Source: Planctomycetales bacterium (GTDB lineage Bacteria > Omnitrophota > Gorgyraeia > Gygaellales > Profunditerraquicolaceae). Taken from it: 59,360 nucleotides of DNA. Below are positions 47,439 to 56,871 of the stretch, in pieces. Under the pieces are notes generated by a model. The model saw only the letters and a list, made by a program, of their open reading frames with translations, had not been told where the DNA came from and ran no database searches. Position 1 is the stretch's first letter. Every line of letters starts with the position of its first letter. The position numbers were made by a program, and so were the translations under genes. Where the stretch lies: assembly GCA_005239725.1 (NCBI GenBank), contig SBBM01000038.1, forward strand, positions 1 to 59,360. The letters run 5' to 3'.

Positions 47439-48962
47439 TCAAAGACAGTCCTTGTCACGGCCGAAGTCATCTTTTAGCCTGACAATATCGTCTTCCTCAA
47501 GGTAAGTTCCGGTCTGGACCTCGACAATTTTCAATACGGAATTACCTACGTTGGTCAGCCGGTGTATGCAGGAAACAGGAATAAATGTACTTTCGTTGGA
47601 ATTGACATAATACGATTTCTTGCCTTTGACAATCTTAGCCTTTCCTTCAACAACTACCCAGTGTTCGCTGCGTTTCTTATGCAGCTGCAGGCTTAAGGAA
47701 CACCCCGTTTTGACCTCAACTAATTTTATTTTAAAACCCTCCCCTCTGTCCAGCACAGTATAGCTGCCCCAGGGCCGCTTTACTGTGCGGTGAAAATAGT
47801 GCTCCGGGCGCTTATTGGCCTTTAAAATGTCAACCACTTTTTTCACTTCTTCGCTTTTGTCTTTTTTGGTTATAAGAAGGGCGTCAGGGGTATCAACAAC
47901 GATTAAGTCATTCAATCCTATGGTAGCGATTAAATGGTCTTTGCCTAAAACCGTTACATTCCTGCTTCCCAGATTAATTATATCGCCTATCAGGGCATTG
48001 CCTTTATTATCCTTCGGGAGAATCTCATCCCATGCCTGCCAACTCCCCAAATCCGACCAGCCGAGGTTGTCAGCTTTTAACATCAAAAGAGAATGCGACT
48101 TTTCAAGTATGCCGTAATCAAAGGATATGGCGCTAATATTATCCCAGACTGGATTTATATCGCCTGCCACATTGATTTTGGTTAGCTGCTTATACACGGA
48201 AGGCAGATGGATTTTGAAATCGCTTAAAAACTTCCTGCAGGAGCCGACGAAAATTCCGCTGTTCCAAAAATACCCTTTATTTTTTACGAATTTTTTTGCA
48301 GTGGCCAAATCCGGCTTTTCAAGGAATTTTTCCACTTCATAGATTTCCCTCGGGGACAGGTTCCTTTCGATCATCGTTATTTTTGGGGGCAGGCCTCTTC
48401 CGTTACGTTGCGATAGCCAAGACGAAGACTCTCCCCGCTTAGCGAGGCAAGACGGGATTTGTCCCGGTTTAGCTAGCCTTTTAACCTTTATATAGCCATA
48501 GCCGGTTGCCGGGCGGTATGGTGGTATGCCAAAAACAACCAGACGTTCATCGCATAAGTTAAAAGCCTTATTCAATGCGGCGCGGAACTGATTTGCGTGG
48601 TTAATCATGTGGTCGCAGGGAAGGACGCATACCCGGGCATCCGGAAAACGCAAGGAAATCAGGCGGACTGCAAGCCCGATGGAGGGAGCGGTATTTTTAG
48701 GGCTAGGCTCGCAAATTATATTTTCCTGAGGGATATTTAACGGAGAGACAAACTCAATAATCTGATTGCGGTACAGGTCTGAAGTAACTATAAAGATATT
48801 TTTTGCCGGAATCAACGGTTTTATCCGGCTGACAGTCTGCGCAAATAAACTGTCATTCTCATGCAAGGAAAGAAATTGCTTTGGCTCAAGTGTGCGGCTT
48901 TGCGGCCAGAATCTCGAACCCTGCCCGCCCGCTAAGAGTACGGCGTAGTTATGATTAGGCAT
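47439..48962 (-). CDS. manC: Mannose-1-phosphate guanylyltransferase/mannose-6-phosphate isomerase, with an internal insertion
   Basis: LAGGQGSRFWPQSR, PKQF, NTAP, FLEKP, WNSG, WSDLGSW, RPWG and SLQLH...EHW motifs. Confidence 0.93.
   Translation of the reverse strand: MPNHNYAVLLAGGQGSRFWPQSRTLEPKQFLSLHENDSLFAQTVSRIKPLIPAKNIFIVTSDLYRNQIIEFVSPLNIPQENIICEPSPKNTAPSIGLAVRLISLRFPDARVCVLPCDHMINHANQFRAALNKAFNLCDERLVVFGIPPYRPATGYGYIKVKRLAKPGQIPSCLAKRGESSSWLSQRNGRGLPPKITMIERNLSPREIYEVEKFLEKPDLATAKKFVKNKGYFWNSGIFVGSCRKFLSDFKIHLPSVYKQLTKINVAGDINPVWDNISAISFDYGILEKSHSLLMLKADNLGWSDLGSWQAWDEILPKDNKGNALIGDIINLGSRNVTVLGKDHLIATIGLNDLIVVDTPDALLITKKDKSEEVKKVVDILKANKRPEHYFHRTVKRPWGSYTVLDRGEGFKIKLVEVKTGCSLSLQLHKKRSEHWVVVEGKAKIVKGKKSYYVNSNESTFIPVSCIHRLTNVGNSVLKIVEVQTGTYLEEDDIVRLKDDFGRDKDCL
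48385..48436. repeat. 52-bp hairpin repeat, copy 2 (inside manC)
   Basis: 48381-48436 matches 52403-52458 at 48 of 56 positions without gaps. Confidence 0.88.
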
Positions 48963-48974
48963 ATTAGATTCTTT

Positions 48975-50204
48975 TCACAGATAAAACCAAGGTAAAGCAA
49001 TAACATTATCCGCGAGGAGCTCTTTTCTACCTCCCATCGTAATCACAAATCCATGTTTTGCTGCCTTGCCGTAATCGTTTAAAAAACTTTTCAACCCTTT
49101 TATATCCGATTGAGCCACAAAAGAAGAACTTTTAATCTCTATTGGAATAACTGTACTACCCATATCAATAACGCAATCGACTTCCGCGCCTGCGGATGTC
49201 CGCCAATAGCATATTTTATAATTTTTATTTAATGCCTTTATCCTCCTGATTATTTCAAGCATAACCGCATGCTCAAAAAGGACGCCTTTTTGAGCATTTA
49301 CCAGTCCGCCGGTAAGCGGAAAACGGGCTAAGACATTCCGTACGCCTATGTCAAAAAAGTAATAACGAGGGGAGGAAAGAATCCGTTTACGGGAATTTTT
49401 CAGGTACGGTTCTATCTTTTCGATAACCAGGGTATCTTCGAGTATATTATAAAATTCTTTGACCGCAGGTTGGCTGACTCCTGATTCGGCTGAAAGCTTA
49501 TATAGATTAGGGTTTGTGCCGGACCCTACGGCAGCAAGCTCAAGAAAACGGGAAAAGGCGCCTATTTTTCTGCTCAACGCCTCTGCCCTAATTTCCTCTT
49601 CAAGGTATATCTCGACGTAGGCCTTTAAAAAATCCTCCCTTTCTTTCTGGGATAATCTCACAATTCCAGGCAATGAACCGTAAATAAGCGTATCCTCAAA
49701 CGAATAAGGAACATCGTAATTAATATTACCAATGGCCAGCTCCGTTATGGCGCTGCCCCGGATTAATCCTAACTCTCCCCATAGCAAAGGGCTTAAATGA
49801 TAACGTTTTATTCTACCCGGCAGAAGGTTAATGCCCTGCCGTTTTAATTTCCGCGCAGATGAACCGGTAAGTATAAAATGCGCATCCTTATCATCAATGA
49901 GGGCCTGCACCGCGTCAAATAACGCCGGGACTTTTTGCGCCTCGTCAATAAAAACGCAGGGGTTATTTTTAAACGCGCGGACCTGGCCAATCAGTCTCGA
50001 AGGCTCTCTCTCTAACTCTATCCGCAGAGAAGGCTCCTGTAAAAGGTATTTTACGGTATTCTTTACCTTTTTAAGGCATTCATTTACCAGTGTAGTCTTA
50101 CCGACCTGACGCGGGCCTAAAATAAGGGATGAGTGGCCTTTTTTTATTCCGGCGGCGATTGCCTTATTGAGGTATCGTAATAATGGTTTATTTTTACCTT
50201 GCAT
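48975..50204 (-). CDS. AAA+ ATPase with DUF4143 domain and PD-(D/E)xK-like tail
   Basis: GPRQVGKTT, FIDEAQ, LTGSS, YFFDIG and YWRT...EVD...IEIK motifs. Confidence 0.88.
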   Translation of the reverse strand: MQGKNKPLLRYLNKAIAAGIKKGHSSLILGPRQVGKTTLVNECLKKVKNTVKYLLQEPSLRIELEREPSRLIGQVRAFKNNPCVFIDEAQKVPALFDAVQALIDDKDAHFILTGSSARKLKRQGINLLPGRIKRYHLSPLLWGELGLIRGSAITELAIGNINYDVPYSFEDTLIYGSLPGIVRLSQKEREDFLKAYVEIYLEEEIRAEALSRKIGAFSRFLELAAVGSGTNPNLYKLSAESGVSQPAVKEFYNILEDTLVIEKIEPYLKNSRKRILSSPRYYFFDIGVRNVLARFPLTGGLVNAQKGVLFEHAVMLEIIRRIKALNKNYKICYWRTSAGAEVDCVIDMGSTVIPIEIKSSSFVAQSDIKGLKSFLNDYGKAAKHGFVITMGGRKELLADNVIALPWFYL

Positions 50205-50206
50205 AA

Positions 50207-50239
50207 ATAAAGTATACTTTATATTTTGATTCTTGTCAA
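50207..50239 (-). promoter_or_regulatory. Near-consensus sigma70 promoter (probably leaderless) for the ATPase gene
   Basis: TTGACA (50239-50234), 17 bp, TATACT (50216-50211), then 6 nt to the ATG. The perfect palindrome ATAAAGTATACTTTAT lies at 50207-50222. Confidence 0.82.
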
Positions 50240-50247
50240 GCAGATAA

Positions 50248-51225
50248 TTAATCTGCCGGGGAGAGTCCCTGAAAATAGTCGACTGTCTTTCTTAGGCCAT
50301 CTTCAAAGCCGATTTTTGACTCGTAACCCAAAACCTCTCTTGCCTGAGAAATATCCGCAAGCGTCTTAAAAACATCACCCGGCCTTATCGGAAGGAACAA
50401 AGGCTTAATTTTCTTATTCATGATTTTATTAAGCAGAGCGACCAAATCTAAAACCGTATTGTCTTTTCCGGTGGCAATATTAAAAAGCGCGTATTTAATG
50501 CCGGGGGTCGTCGCTGCTAATATGTTAGCCTCGACTACATTGGCGACATAAGTAAAATCCCGCGACTGTTTTCCGTTGCCAAAAATGGGCGGCTGTTTTC
50601 CTTTGAGCATGCAACTGATAAACTTTGGAATTACTACCGCATACTGGTCATCAAGCGCCTGCCTGGGCCCAAAGACATTAAAATAACGTAAAGATACTGT
50701 TTCTAAACCATAAATCTTAGAATATATGCGACAGTAATATTCACTGCATAATTTGGTTAATGCGTAAGGAGAAATGAGCCTGGAGAGCTCGGTTTCTCTC
50801 TCCGGGAATTTATCCGTATCGCCATATATGGAACTCGAAGAAGCGAATACAAAACGTTTTACCTTTTGCGCATGCGCTGCCTTAAGCATATTCAGGGTGC
50901 CGTTGATATTAACATCATTATATTCGTAGGGATTAATCAAGGACCTCGGCACGGAGCGCAATGCCGCCTGGTGTAAAACAAAATCCACACCGAAGCATGC
51001 GCGCAAACAGATTTTGTAATTGCGGATGTCGCCCTTGAGCAATTCAAAAGCAGGGACAGTCCCCTTCGGGGGCAGCCCCTGGCGAATAAATTTAAGGTTA
51101 AATTCTTTGCCAGAAGAGAAATTATCCAAAACGCGCACAAAATTACCCTCTTTAAGCAGCCGTTCAACTATATGCGACCCGATAAAACCAGCCCCTCCGG
51201 TTACCAGATACTTTCTCTTCCTCAT
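50248..51225 (-). CDS. UDP-HexNAc(A) 4-epimerase (WbpP/TviC-like SDR)
   Basis: TGGAGFIGSH, HQAALRSVPRS, SPYALTK, LRYFNVFGPRQ and YAVVIPKF motifs. Confidence 0.88.
   Translation of the reverse strand: MRKRKYLVTGGAGFIGSHIVERLLKEGNFVRVLDNFSSGKEFNLKFIRQGLPPKGTVPAFELLKGDIRNYKICLRACFGVDFVLHQAALRSVPRSLINPYEYNDVNINGTLNMLKAAHAQKVKRFVFASSSSIYGDTDKFPERETELSRLISPYALTKLCSEYYCRIYSKIYGLETVSLRYFNVFGPRQALDDQYAVVIPKFISCMLKGKQPPIFGNGKQSRDFTYVANVVEANILAATTPGIKYALFNIATGKDNTVLDLVALLNKIMNKKIKPLFLPIRPGDVFKTLADISQAREVLGYESKIGFEDGLRKTVDYFQGLSPAD
51052..51080. repeat. Two tandem short GGGACAGTCCC-type palindromes inside the epimerase gene
   Basis: AGGGACAGTCCCC-TT-CGGGGGCAGCCCCT, encoding QGLPPKGTVP. Confidence 0.7.
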
Positions 51226-51229
51226 TTTA

Positions 51230-52396
51230 TCATTTCTCCACTTTTAGGAAACGCCGGCTGCCGACTTTAAGCACGCCTGGCAGAACAATACTGAAATTCT
51301 CGTCGGTAACCTTGTTGCCATTAAACTCCACTGCCCCTTGCTGCAATAACCGGCGCGCTTCGTTTTTACTCTTTGCCAAACCGCTCCCGACAATTACGTC
51401 AATAACTTTTACCGGGCCCGAAATTTTAAAAACCGGCATAGCATCGGGAATCTGTCTGGAGCTAAATACCTTCTCAAAATTATCCGCGGCCTTATCCGCT
51501 GTTTCAGCCGAATGATACTTTCCGATAATAATCTTGGCTAATTTTACCTTTGCCTCTTTAGGATGCATAGCTTTCACACTATCCAAATCCTCGACGGTAA
51601 GCAGGGTGTAATATTTAAACATCAACTCATCGGATATCGACATAATCTTACCAAACATATCGTCGGGCTTCTCATTTATCCCGACATAATTTCCGTAAGA
51701 TTTGCTCATTTTCTGTGCGCCGTCAGTACCTTCCAGAAGCGGCATAGTAATAACAACCTGCTGCTCCTGGTTAAAGTCTTTCTGGATATCCCTGCCGATC
51801 AAAAGATTAAATATCTGGTCTGTCCCCCCTATTTCCACATCCGCTTCCAACTTTACGGAATCAAAACCCTGCAAAACCGGATACATAAACTCCAGGAGCG
51901 AAATATCTTTATTATCCGAAAGCCTTTTTTTAAAATCCGCCCGCGCAAGCATCTGCGATACTGTCGCATGCGTGGTCAGCTTTAGGATTTCCAGGACACT
52001 CATCTTGTCAAACCATTCGCCGTTGAAAACAACCTTAATTTTATGGATATCCAGTATTTTGGAAACTTGTTTTTTGTAGGTTTCGGCATTCCTGCGCACC
52101 TCTTCCGGGGTAAGTTGCTTTCTTGTTTCTGACCTCCCGCTGGGGTCTCCGATACGCCCGGTAAAATCACCGATAAGAAAATAAACCTGGTGCCCTAAAT
52201 CCTGAAACTGGCGCAGTTTGCTTAATAATACCGTGTGCCCCAGGTGCAAATCCGGGGCAGTGGGGTCAAAACCGGCTTTTATGCGCAAGGGCCGGTTCTC
52301 CTTTTGGGCGCTTTCTAATTTCCGGATTAATTCCTCCTCGGAAATTATGTCAACTGCGCCGCGCTTGATTATTTCTAATTGATTTTTAATGTCCAT
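51230..52396 (-). CDS. tyrS: Tyrosine-tRNA ligase
   Basis: [18 protein letters not shown] and KMSKS motifs; C-terminal S4 domain. Confidence 0.97.
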   Translation of the reverse strand: MDIKNQLEIIKRGAVDIISEEELIRKLESAQKENRPLRIKAGFDPTAPDLHLGHTVLLSKLRQFQDLGHQVYFLIGDFTGRIGDPSGRSETRKQLTPEEVRRNAETYKKQVSKILDIHKIKVVFNGEWFDKMSVLEILKLTTHATVSQMLARADFKKRLSDNKDISLLEFMYPVLQGFDSVKLEADVEIGGTDQIFNLLIGRDIQKDFNQEQQVVITMPLLEGTDGAQKMSKSYGNYVGINEKPDDMFGKIMSISDELMFKYYTLLTVEDLDSVKAMHPKEAKVKLAKIIIGKYHSAETADKAADNFEKVFSSRQIPDAMPVFKISGPVKVIDVIVGSGLAKSKNEARRLLQQGAVEFNGNKVTDENFSIVLPGVLKVGSRRFLKVEK

Positions 52397-52406
52397 AGCT
52401 CTTTTT

Positions 52407-52458
52407 GGAGACAGGCCTCTTCCGCTACTTTGCTATCGCCAAGACGAGGACTGTCCCC
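52407..52458. repeat. 52-bp hairpin repeat, copy 3 (intergenic, rpsA-tyrS)
   Basis: GGAGACAGGCCTC...GAGGACTGTCCCC, preceded by TTTT. Confidence 0.88.
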
Positions 52459-52464
52459 ATTTGG

Positions 52465-54006
52465 CTATATCTTCGCCGACAACCCCATCTTGCACTGCTC
52501 GACATCAACCTTGATTACCTTAACTTTTATTTTGTCGCCCGGCTTAAGCTGCTTTAACTGCTCCTGGTCTATCTCGTTGGAGAAAACCAGTCCTTCCAGG
52601 TCTTCGTCTATTTTTGCAAACACGCCAAAATCCGTAATGTTGACAACCTCGACCTCAAGCTGGGTATCTAAGGGGTATTTCTTGGCGATTTCCGGCCAGG
52701 GGTTAGGCTGCAATTGCTTTAACCCTAGAGCGATACGCTGATTTTGGGCATCAACCGAAAGGATTGCCACCTCTATCTTTTGGCCTTTTTTCAGAACATC
52801 CTGGGGATGAGCTATCCTTTTCGTCCAGGATAAGTCAGAAATATGAATCATCCCTTCAAGGGCTAAGTCTAGTTCCACAAATACTCCATACTTGGTAAAA
52901 CCCTTTACTTTTCCCTGGACAGTTGCGCCGGGCGCATATTTAGAACCCGCTTCAAGCCACGGATTTTGCTCTAATTGTTTGAGACTGAGGGCGATTTTCC
53001 TGGCTTCTTTGTCCACGTTTAAGACCTGGACCTCAAGCATATCGCCTATGGCAAACATTTCCGCCGGATTTTCCACCCTCTTTACCCAGGATATCTCGGA
53101 TACGTGGATAAGGCCCTCAATGCCTTTTTCCAGTTCCACAAAAATTCCGTAAGGAAGTATGTTTACCACCTTGCCCTTGACCTTAGTCCCGGCGGTGTAT
53201 TTGGTCTCAATGTCTCCCCAGGGGTCGGGAGTCCTCTGTTTTAGGCCCAAAGAAATCTTATTTGACTCCTTATCAATATTCAGCACCACTACCTCTATCC
53301 TGTCTCCCACAGCTACTATCTCGGAAGGATGCGTCACCTTTGACCAGGACATATCGGTAATATGCAGGAGGCCGTCCACTCCGCCCAAATCAATAAATGC
53401 GCCGAAATCGGTTATGGCTTTTACAGTGCCCGGATATACCTCCCCTGCCCTTAATTCCTGCCAGATTTTTTCCCGGGCCTTATCTTTTTCCTTCTGCATA
53501 GCCTCCCGGCGGGAAAGTATAATACTGTACCTGAGCTTATTAATCTTTACAATCTTAAACTTAAATACCTTGTAAAGTATGTCCTTATCCGGCACATTTT
53601 TGAAAGCCGATAAGGATGATGGCAAAAACCCGTCTATGCCCATAACATCAACGAGGAAACCGCCCTTTACTTTCTTGGTGGGCTTACCGTCAACGAGCTC
53701 CCCGTCCTCAAAATTCTTTACCACCTGGCCCCAACCCTGCATGTGTTTTGCCTTTTCGCGGGAGAGCACGATTGTCCCCACCTCGTTTTCAATAGACTCA
53801 ACAAGAAAATCGAGCTCTTTGCCTACTTCCAGTTCGTCTTTGCCGAATTCGGTTATAGGGACTATTCCTTCGGACTTAAAATCCACATCAACCAGCACCT
53901 CTTTCTGTTTTAGCCAGACAATCTTGCCTTTAACCACCTGGCCTTCCCGGATGATTTTTATGCTTTCGTTATACATCTGTTCCAAAGCGGACCTTTCTTC
54001 TGACAT
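52465..54006 (-). CDS. rpsA: 30S ribosomal protein S1
   Basis: Six S1 repeats; DFGAFIDLGGVDGLLHITDMSW; AAGGAGG ribosome-binding site. Confidence 0.96.
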   Translation of the reverse strand: MSEERSALEQMYNESIKIIREGQVVKGKIVWLKQKEVLVDVDFKSEGIVPITEFGKDELEVGKELDFLVESIENEVGTIVLSREKAKHMQGWGQVVKNFEDGELVDGKPTKKVKGGFLVDVMGIDGFLPSSLSAFKNVPDKDILYKVFKFKIVKINKLRYSIILSRREAMQKEKDKAREKIWQELRAGEVYPGTVKAITDFGAFIDLGGVDGLLHITDMSWSKVTHPSEIVAVGDRIEVVVLNIDKESNKISLGLKQRTPDPWGDIETKYTAGTKVKGKVVNILPYGIFVELEKGIEGLIHVSEISWVKRVENPAEMFAIGDMLEVQVLNVDKEARKIALSLKQLEQNPWLEAGSKYAPGATVQGKVKGFTKYGVFVELDLALEGMIHISDLSWTKRIAHPQDVLKKGQKIEVAILSVDAQNQRIALGLKQLQPNPWPEIAKKYPLDTQLEVEVVNITDFGVFAKIDEDLEGLVFSNEIDQEQLKQLKPGDKIKVKVIKVDVEQCKMGLSAKI

Positions 54007-54032
54007 TTTAATTTCCTCCTTAAATAAAATTT

Positions 54033-54047
54033 TAGGGACAGTCCCTA
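54033..54047. repeat. Short palindrome TAGGGAC-A-GTCCCTA at the ispH stop
   Basis: Perfect 7-bp inverted repeat with the same core as the dispersed repeat family. Confidence 0.7.
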
Positions 54048-54896
54048 TTTATGCCTTATTTTCTCAATTATTTTTTTCGCCAGCCAATCAGGCGCGGACG
54101 CGCCGCTTATTATCCCCACAGTTTTGGCGCCCTTTAATATTTTATCCAGGGGCGCATCTTCCTTTTCAATCAGGTACGTATTTTTGTTGATTTTCCGCCC
54201 GATTGAAAATAGCCTCTTGGTATTTGCGCTCATCTTAGAGCCGATAACCAGCAGCACGTCGGAAGACCTTGCAAGCTTTGCGGCTTCCTTCTGCCGGTTG
54301 GCCGTATCCAGGCAGATGGTGTTAAATATCTGCGCCTCTCTCACTTCGGGATTCTTCTCTAAAATCTTGCTTACCATCAGGAAGAATTTATCTTTTGCCT
54401 GGGTAGTCTGGGAAATAATCCCGATTTTTTTAAACGTTATTTTGCCATCATTAATATCCTCTGCCTTATCAATAACCCGCGCCCCGGGAGCCAGGTCTAA
54501 AAGTGCTCTTATTTCAGGGTGCTTTTCGTCGCCGATAATAACCACTTTAAACCCCTGTCCATAGAGCCTTGAGCATATCCTCTGCACCGAAGAAACATAG
54601 GGGCACGTTACATCAATGAGTTTTAAATTTTTCTTCTTAGCCGCAATAAGCACGCGCTTCGGGCTGCCGTGGGAAGGTAAAATTACCGTTGAGCGGGCTT
54701 CTATATTGTCCAGTGAATTAACTACACATAGGTTCCTTTCTTTAAGCCTCTTAATAACCTGGGGGTTATGAATTATCTGGCCTAAAGAATAAACTTTGTT
54801 TTCTTTAGCGGAAAGCAATGTCTTTTCGGCAATATTAATTGCCCTGCGGACACCTGAACAAAAGCCGGTATTCCTGGCTAATTTGATACTGAGCAT
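54045..54896 (-). CDS. ispH: 4-hydroxy-3-methylbut-2-enyl diphosphate reductase
   Basis: GFCSGVRRA, IIHN, TCPYV, HPE, SQTT, NTIC and GASAPDW motifs. Confidence 0.95.
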   Translation of the reverse strand: MLSIKLARNTGFCSGVRRAINIAEKTLLSAKENKVYSLGQIIHNPQVIKRLKERNLCVVNSLDNIEARSTVILPSHGSPKRVLIAAKKKNLKLIDVTCPYVSSVQRICSRLYGQGFKVVIIGDEKHPEIRALLDLAPGARVIDKAEDINDGKITFKKIGIISQTTQAKDKFFLMVSKILEKNPEVREAQIFNTICLDTANRQKEAAKLARSSDVLLVIGSKMSANTKRLFSIGRKINKNTYLIEKEDAPLDKILKGAKTVGIISGASAPDWLAKKIIEKIRHK

Positions 54897-55474
54897 GCAA
54901 TACGCCTGATCTCATCCATCGCAAGCCGGGCAACGTCCTGATAAGGCATCCTCCTTTCCACAGAAATTTGTTTTCCGAAATACACGGAAATCTTGTCAAA
55001 ATGAAAAAATTTTGCGCCTATAGGAAGAATTTTCTCTGAGCCCTTTATGAAAGCCGGGACTATGGGGGCGCCGGTCTTTGTGGCTACGAAACCTATGCCT
55101 GCCTCTGGCCTATCGGACAACCCGTTAAACTGGCGTCTGCCTTCCGGGAACAAAACTAATCCCTGCCCGCCCTTTAGCCGGCGTATAGATTCTTTTAACG
55201 CCGAGATATCTGCCGCGCCCCTCTTGACCGGAAATGCACCCAATTGAAAAAGAAACCAGGAAGTTAAAGGATTACAAAATAGTTCTTCTTTCGCCATAAA
55301 ACTTACCCTGCGCGGGCAGGTTGAGCCCATAAGTATGGGGTCTAAATTGCTCACGTGGTTAGCCGCCAGAATAAAGCCTCCTTTTCGGGGGAGATTTTTT
55401 ATTCCCTGCACCTTTAACCCGAACATAAGCCTGCACAGCCAATAAGCAGACCATTTGGCAAGAAAGTGAATCAT
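54878..55474 (-). CDS. plsC: 1-acyl-sn-glycerol-3-phosphate acyltransferase
   Basis: NHVSNLD, AKEEL and FPEG motifs. Confidence 0.92.
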   Translation of the reverse strand: MIHFLAKWSAYWLCRLMFGLKVQGIKNLPRKGGFILAANHVSNLDPILMGSTCPRRVSFMAKEELFCNPLTSWFLFQLGAFPVKRGAADISALKESIRRLKGGQGLVLFPEGRRQFNGLSDRPEAGIGFVATKTGAPIVPAFIKGSEKILPIGAKFFHFDKISVYFGKQISVERRMPYQDVARLAMDEIRRIACSVSN

Positions 55475-56871
55475 AGCCCTATAATCTTCCTGCCGAATTC
55501 AAGCAGTTTTTTTGATTTGCTTAAGGCTTTCGATTCCGCGTAAATGCGCATAATCGGCTCTGTGCCCGAAGCCCTGAACATAAGCCAGCTTCCGTCTTCG
55601 CAAATCAATTTTGTCCCGTCATAATCTTTAATCTTCACGACTTTTTTGCCCAGGATGCTTTTTATTTTCCTAAAATCTATACTTTTCTGCGCATGCTGGG
55701 CCTGAAGTTTCAAATCTTTCCTTACATAGTAGTATTTGCCGTAATGCGCTTCCATGCCCCGCAGTATTTTAATCATGGGCGACTTCCGATAACACATCAT
55801 TTCTAAGAGCAATAAACCTGCCAAACTGCCGTCTCTTTCCGGGATATAATCCTTAAAGCCCATGCCGCCTGCTTCTTCGCCTCCGACGAGAATATCCTTT
55901 TCCTGCATTAATTCCGAGATGTATTTAAAACCCACCGGAGTTTCATATAATTTAAGACCCAAATCCTTGGCTAAATTATCCATGAGGTTTGTCCCGACAA
56001 TAGTCTTGACTATTCCGCCGGACATCTTCCTATCCTGGATAAGGTGCAGGGTCAAAAGCCCGAGTACCTTCTGGGGATAAATAAACTCCCCTCTGCCGGC
56101 AAATGCCGCGATGCGGTCGGCATCTCCATCTAAGACAAGGGCTAAATCAAATTTCTCCTTTTTCATCCGCGCAACTGTCTGGCCTAAATTTTCCAAAACC
56201 GGCTCAGGTCTTAAGCCTTCAAAAGAAGGATTCGCATCCTGACGCAAGAATTCCAATTTAATTTTTGTTCCCTTAAGGACTTCGGCGATAAATCCGTTTC
56301 CGCTGCCGTGCATGACATCAACCAGGACTCTAAACTTTGCATTTTTTAATTTCTTTAAATCAATGTAACCGCGCAAGAATTTCACGTAATCTCTTGTCAA
56401 GTCAGCTTTCATTATCCGTCCCTTTTTCGCTGGCTTCCCTGTGTGCGGCCTGCTTAATAACCTCTCCACTTCGTTTGTCACATCAACGCCTGCTGCCCCT
56501 CCTGAAGCTGTTTTTATTTTTATGCCGTTATATGAAGCAGGGTTATGGGAGGCCGTAATCATAACGCCCGAAGTCAGCTTTTTATGCCGCACGGCAAAGC
56601 TTAAAGCCGGGGTAGGTATTGCCCTGTCAGAGAGGATTACATCTATTCCGTTATTTGCCAAAACTTCCGCCACCGCTTGGGCATATTTATCGGACAAAAA
56701 ACGGGTATCATAACCGACTGCCATTTTCGCTTTGCCATTGCCGACTTGCCCGTTGTAATAATCCGCGATTGCCCGGGCAACGCGTCTAACATTCGCGAAA
56801 GTAAAGTTATCGCTGATAATCCCGCGCCATCCGTCTGTGCCGAATTTAATCTCTTGCGTTATCCCTCGCAC
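55471..56871 (-). CDS. Phosphoglucomutase/phosphomannomutase family protein
   Basis: FGTDGWRG, TASHNP, DGDADR, GFKY and RASGTEP motifs. Confidence 0.93.
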   Translation of the reverse strand: MRGITQEIKFGTDGWRGIISDNFTFANVRRVARAIADYYNGQVGNGKAKMAVGYDTRFLSDKYAQAVAEVLANNGIDVILSDRAIPTPALSFAVRHKKLTSGVMITASHNPASYNGIKIKTASGGAAGVDVTNEVERLLSRPHTGKPAKKGRIMKADLTRDYVKFLRGYIDLKKLKNAKFRVLVDVMHGSGNGFIAEVLKGTKIKLEFLRQDANPSFEGLRPEPVLENLGQTVARMKKEKFDLALVLDGDADRIAAFAGRGEFIYPQKVLGLLTLHLIQDRKMSGGIVKTIVGTNLMDNLAKDLGLKLYETPVGFKYISELMQEKDILVGGEEAGGMGFKDYIPERDGSLAGLLLLEMMCYRKSPMIKILRGMEAHYGKYYYVRKDLKLQAQHAQKSIDFRKIKSILGKKVVKIKDYDGTKLICEDGSWLMFRASGTEPIMRIYAESKALSKSKKLLEFGRKIIGL

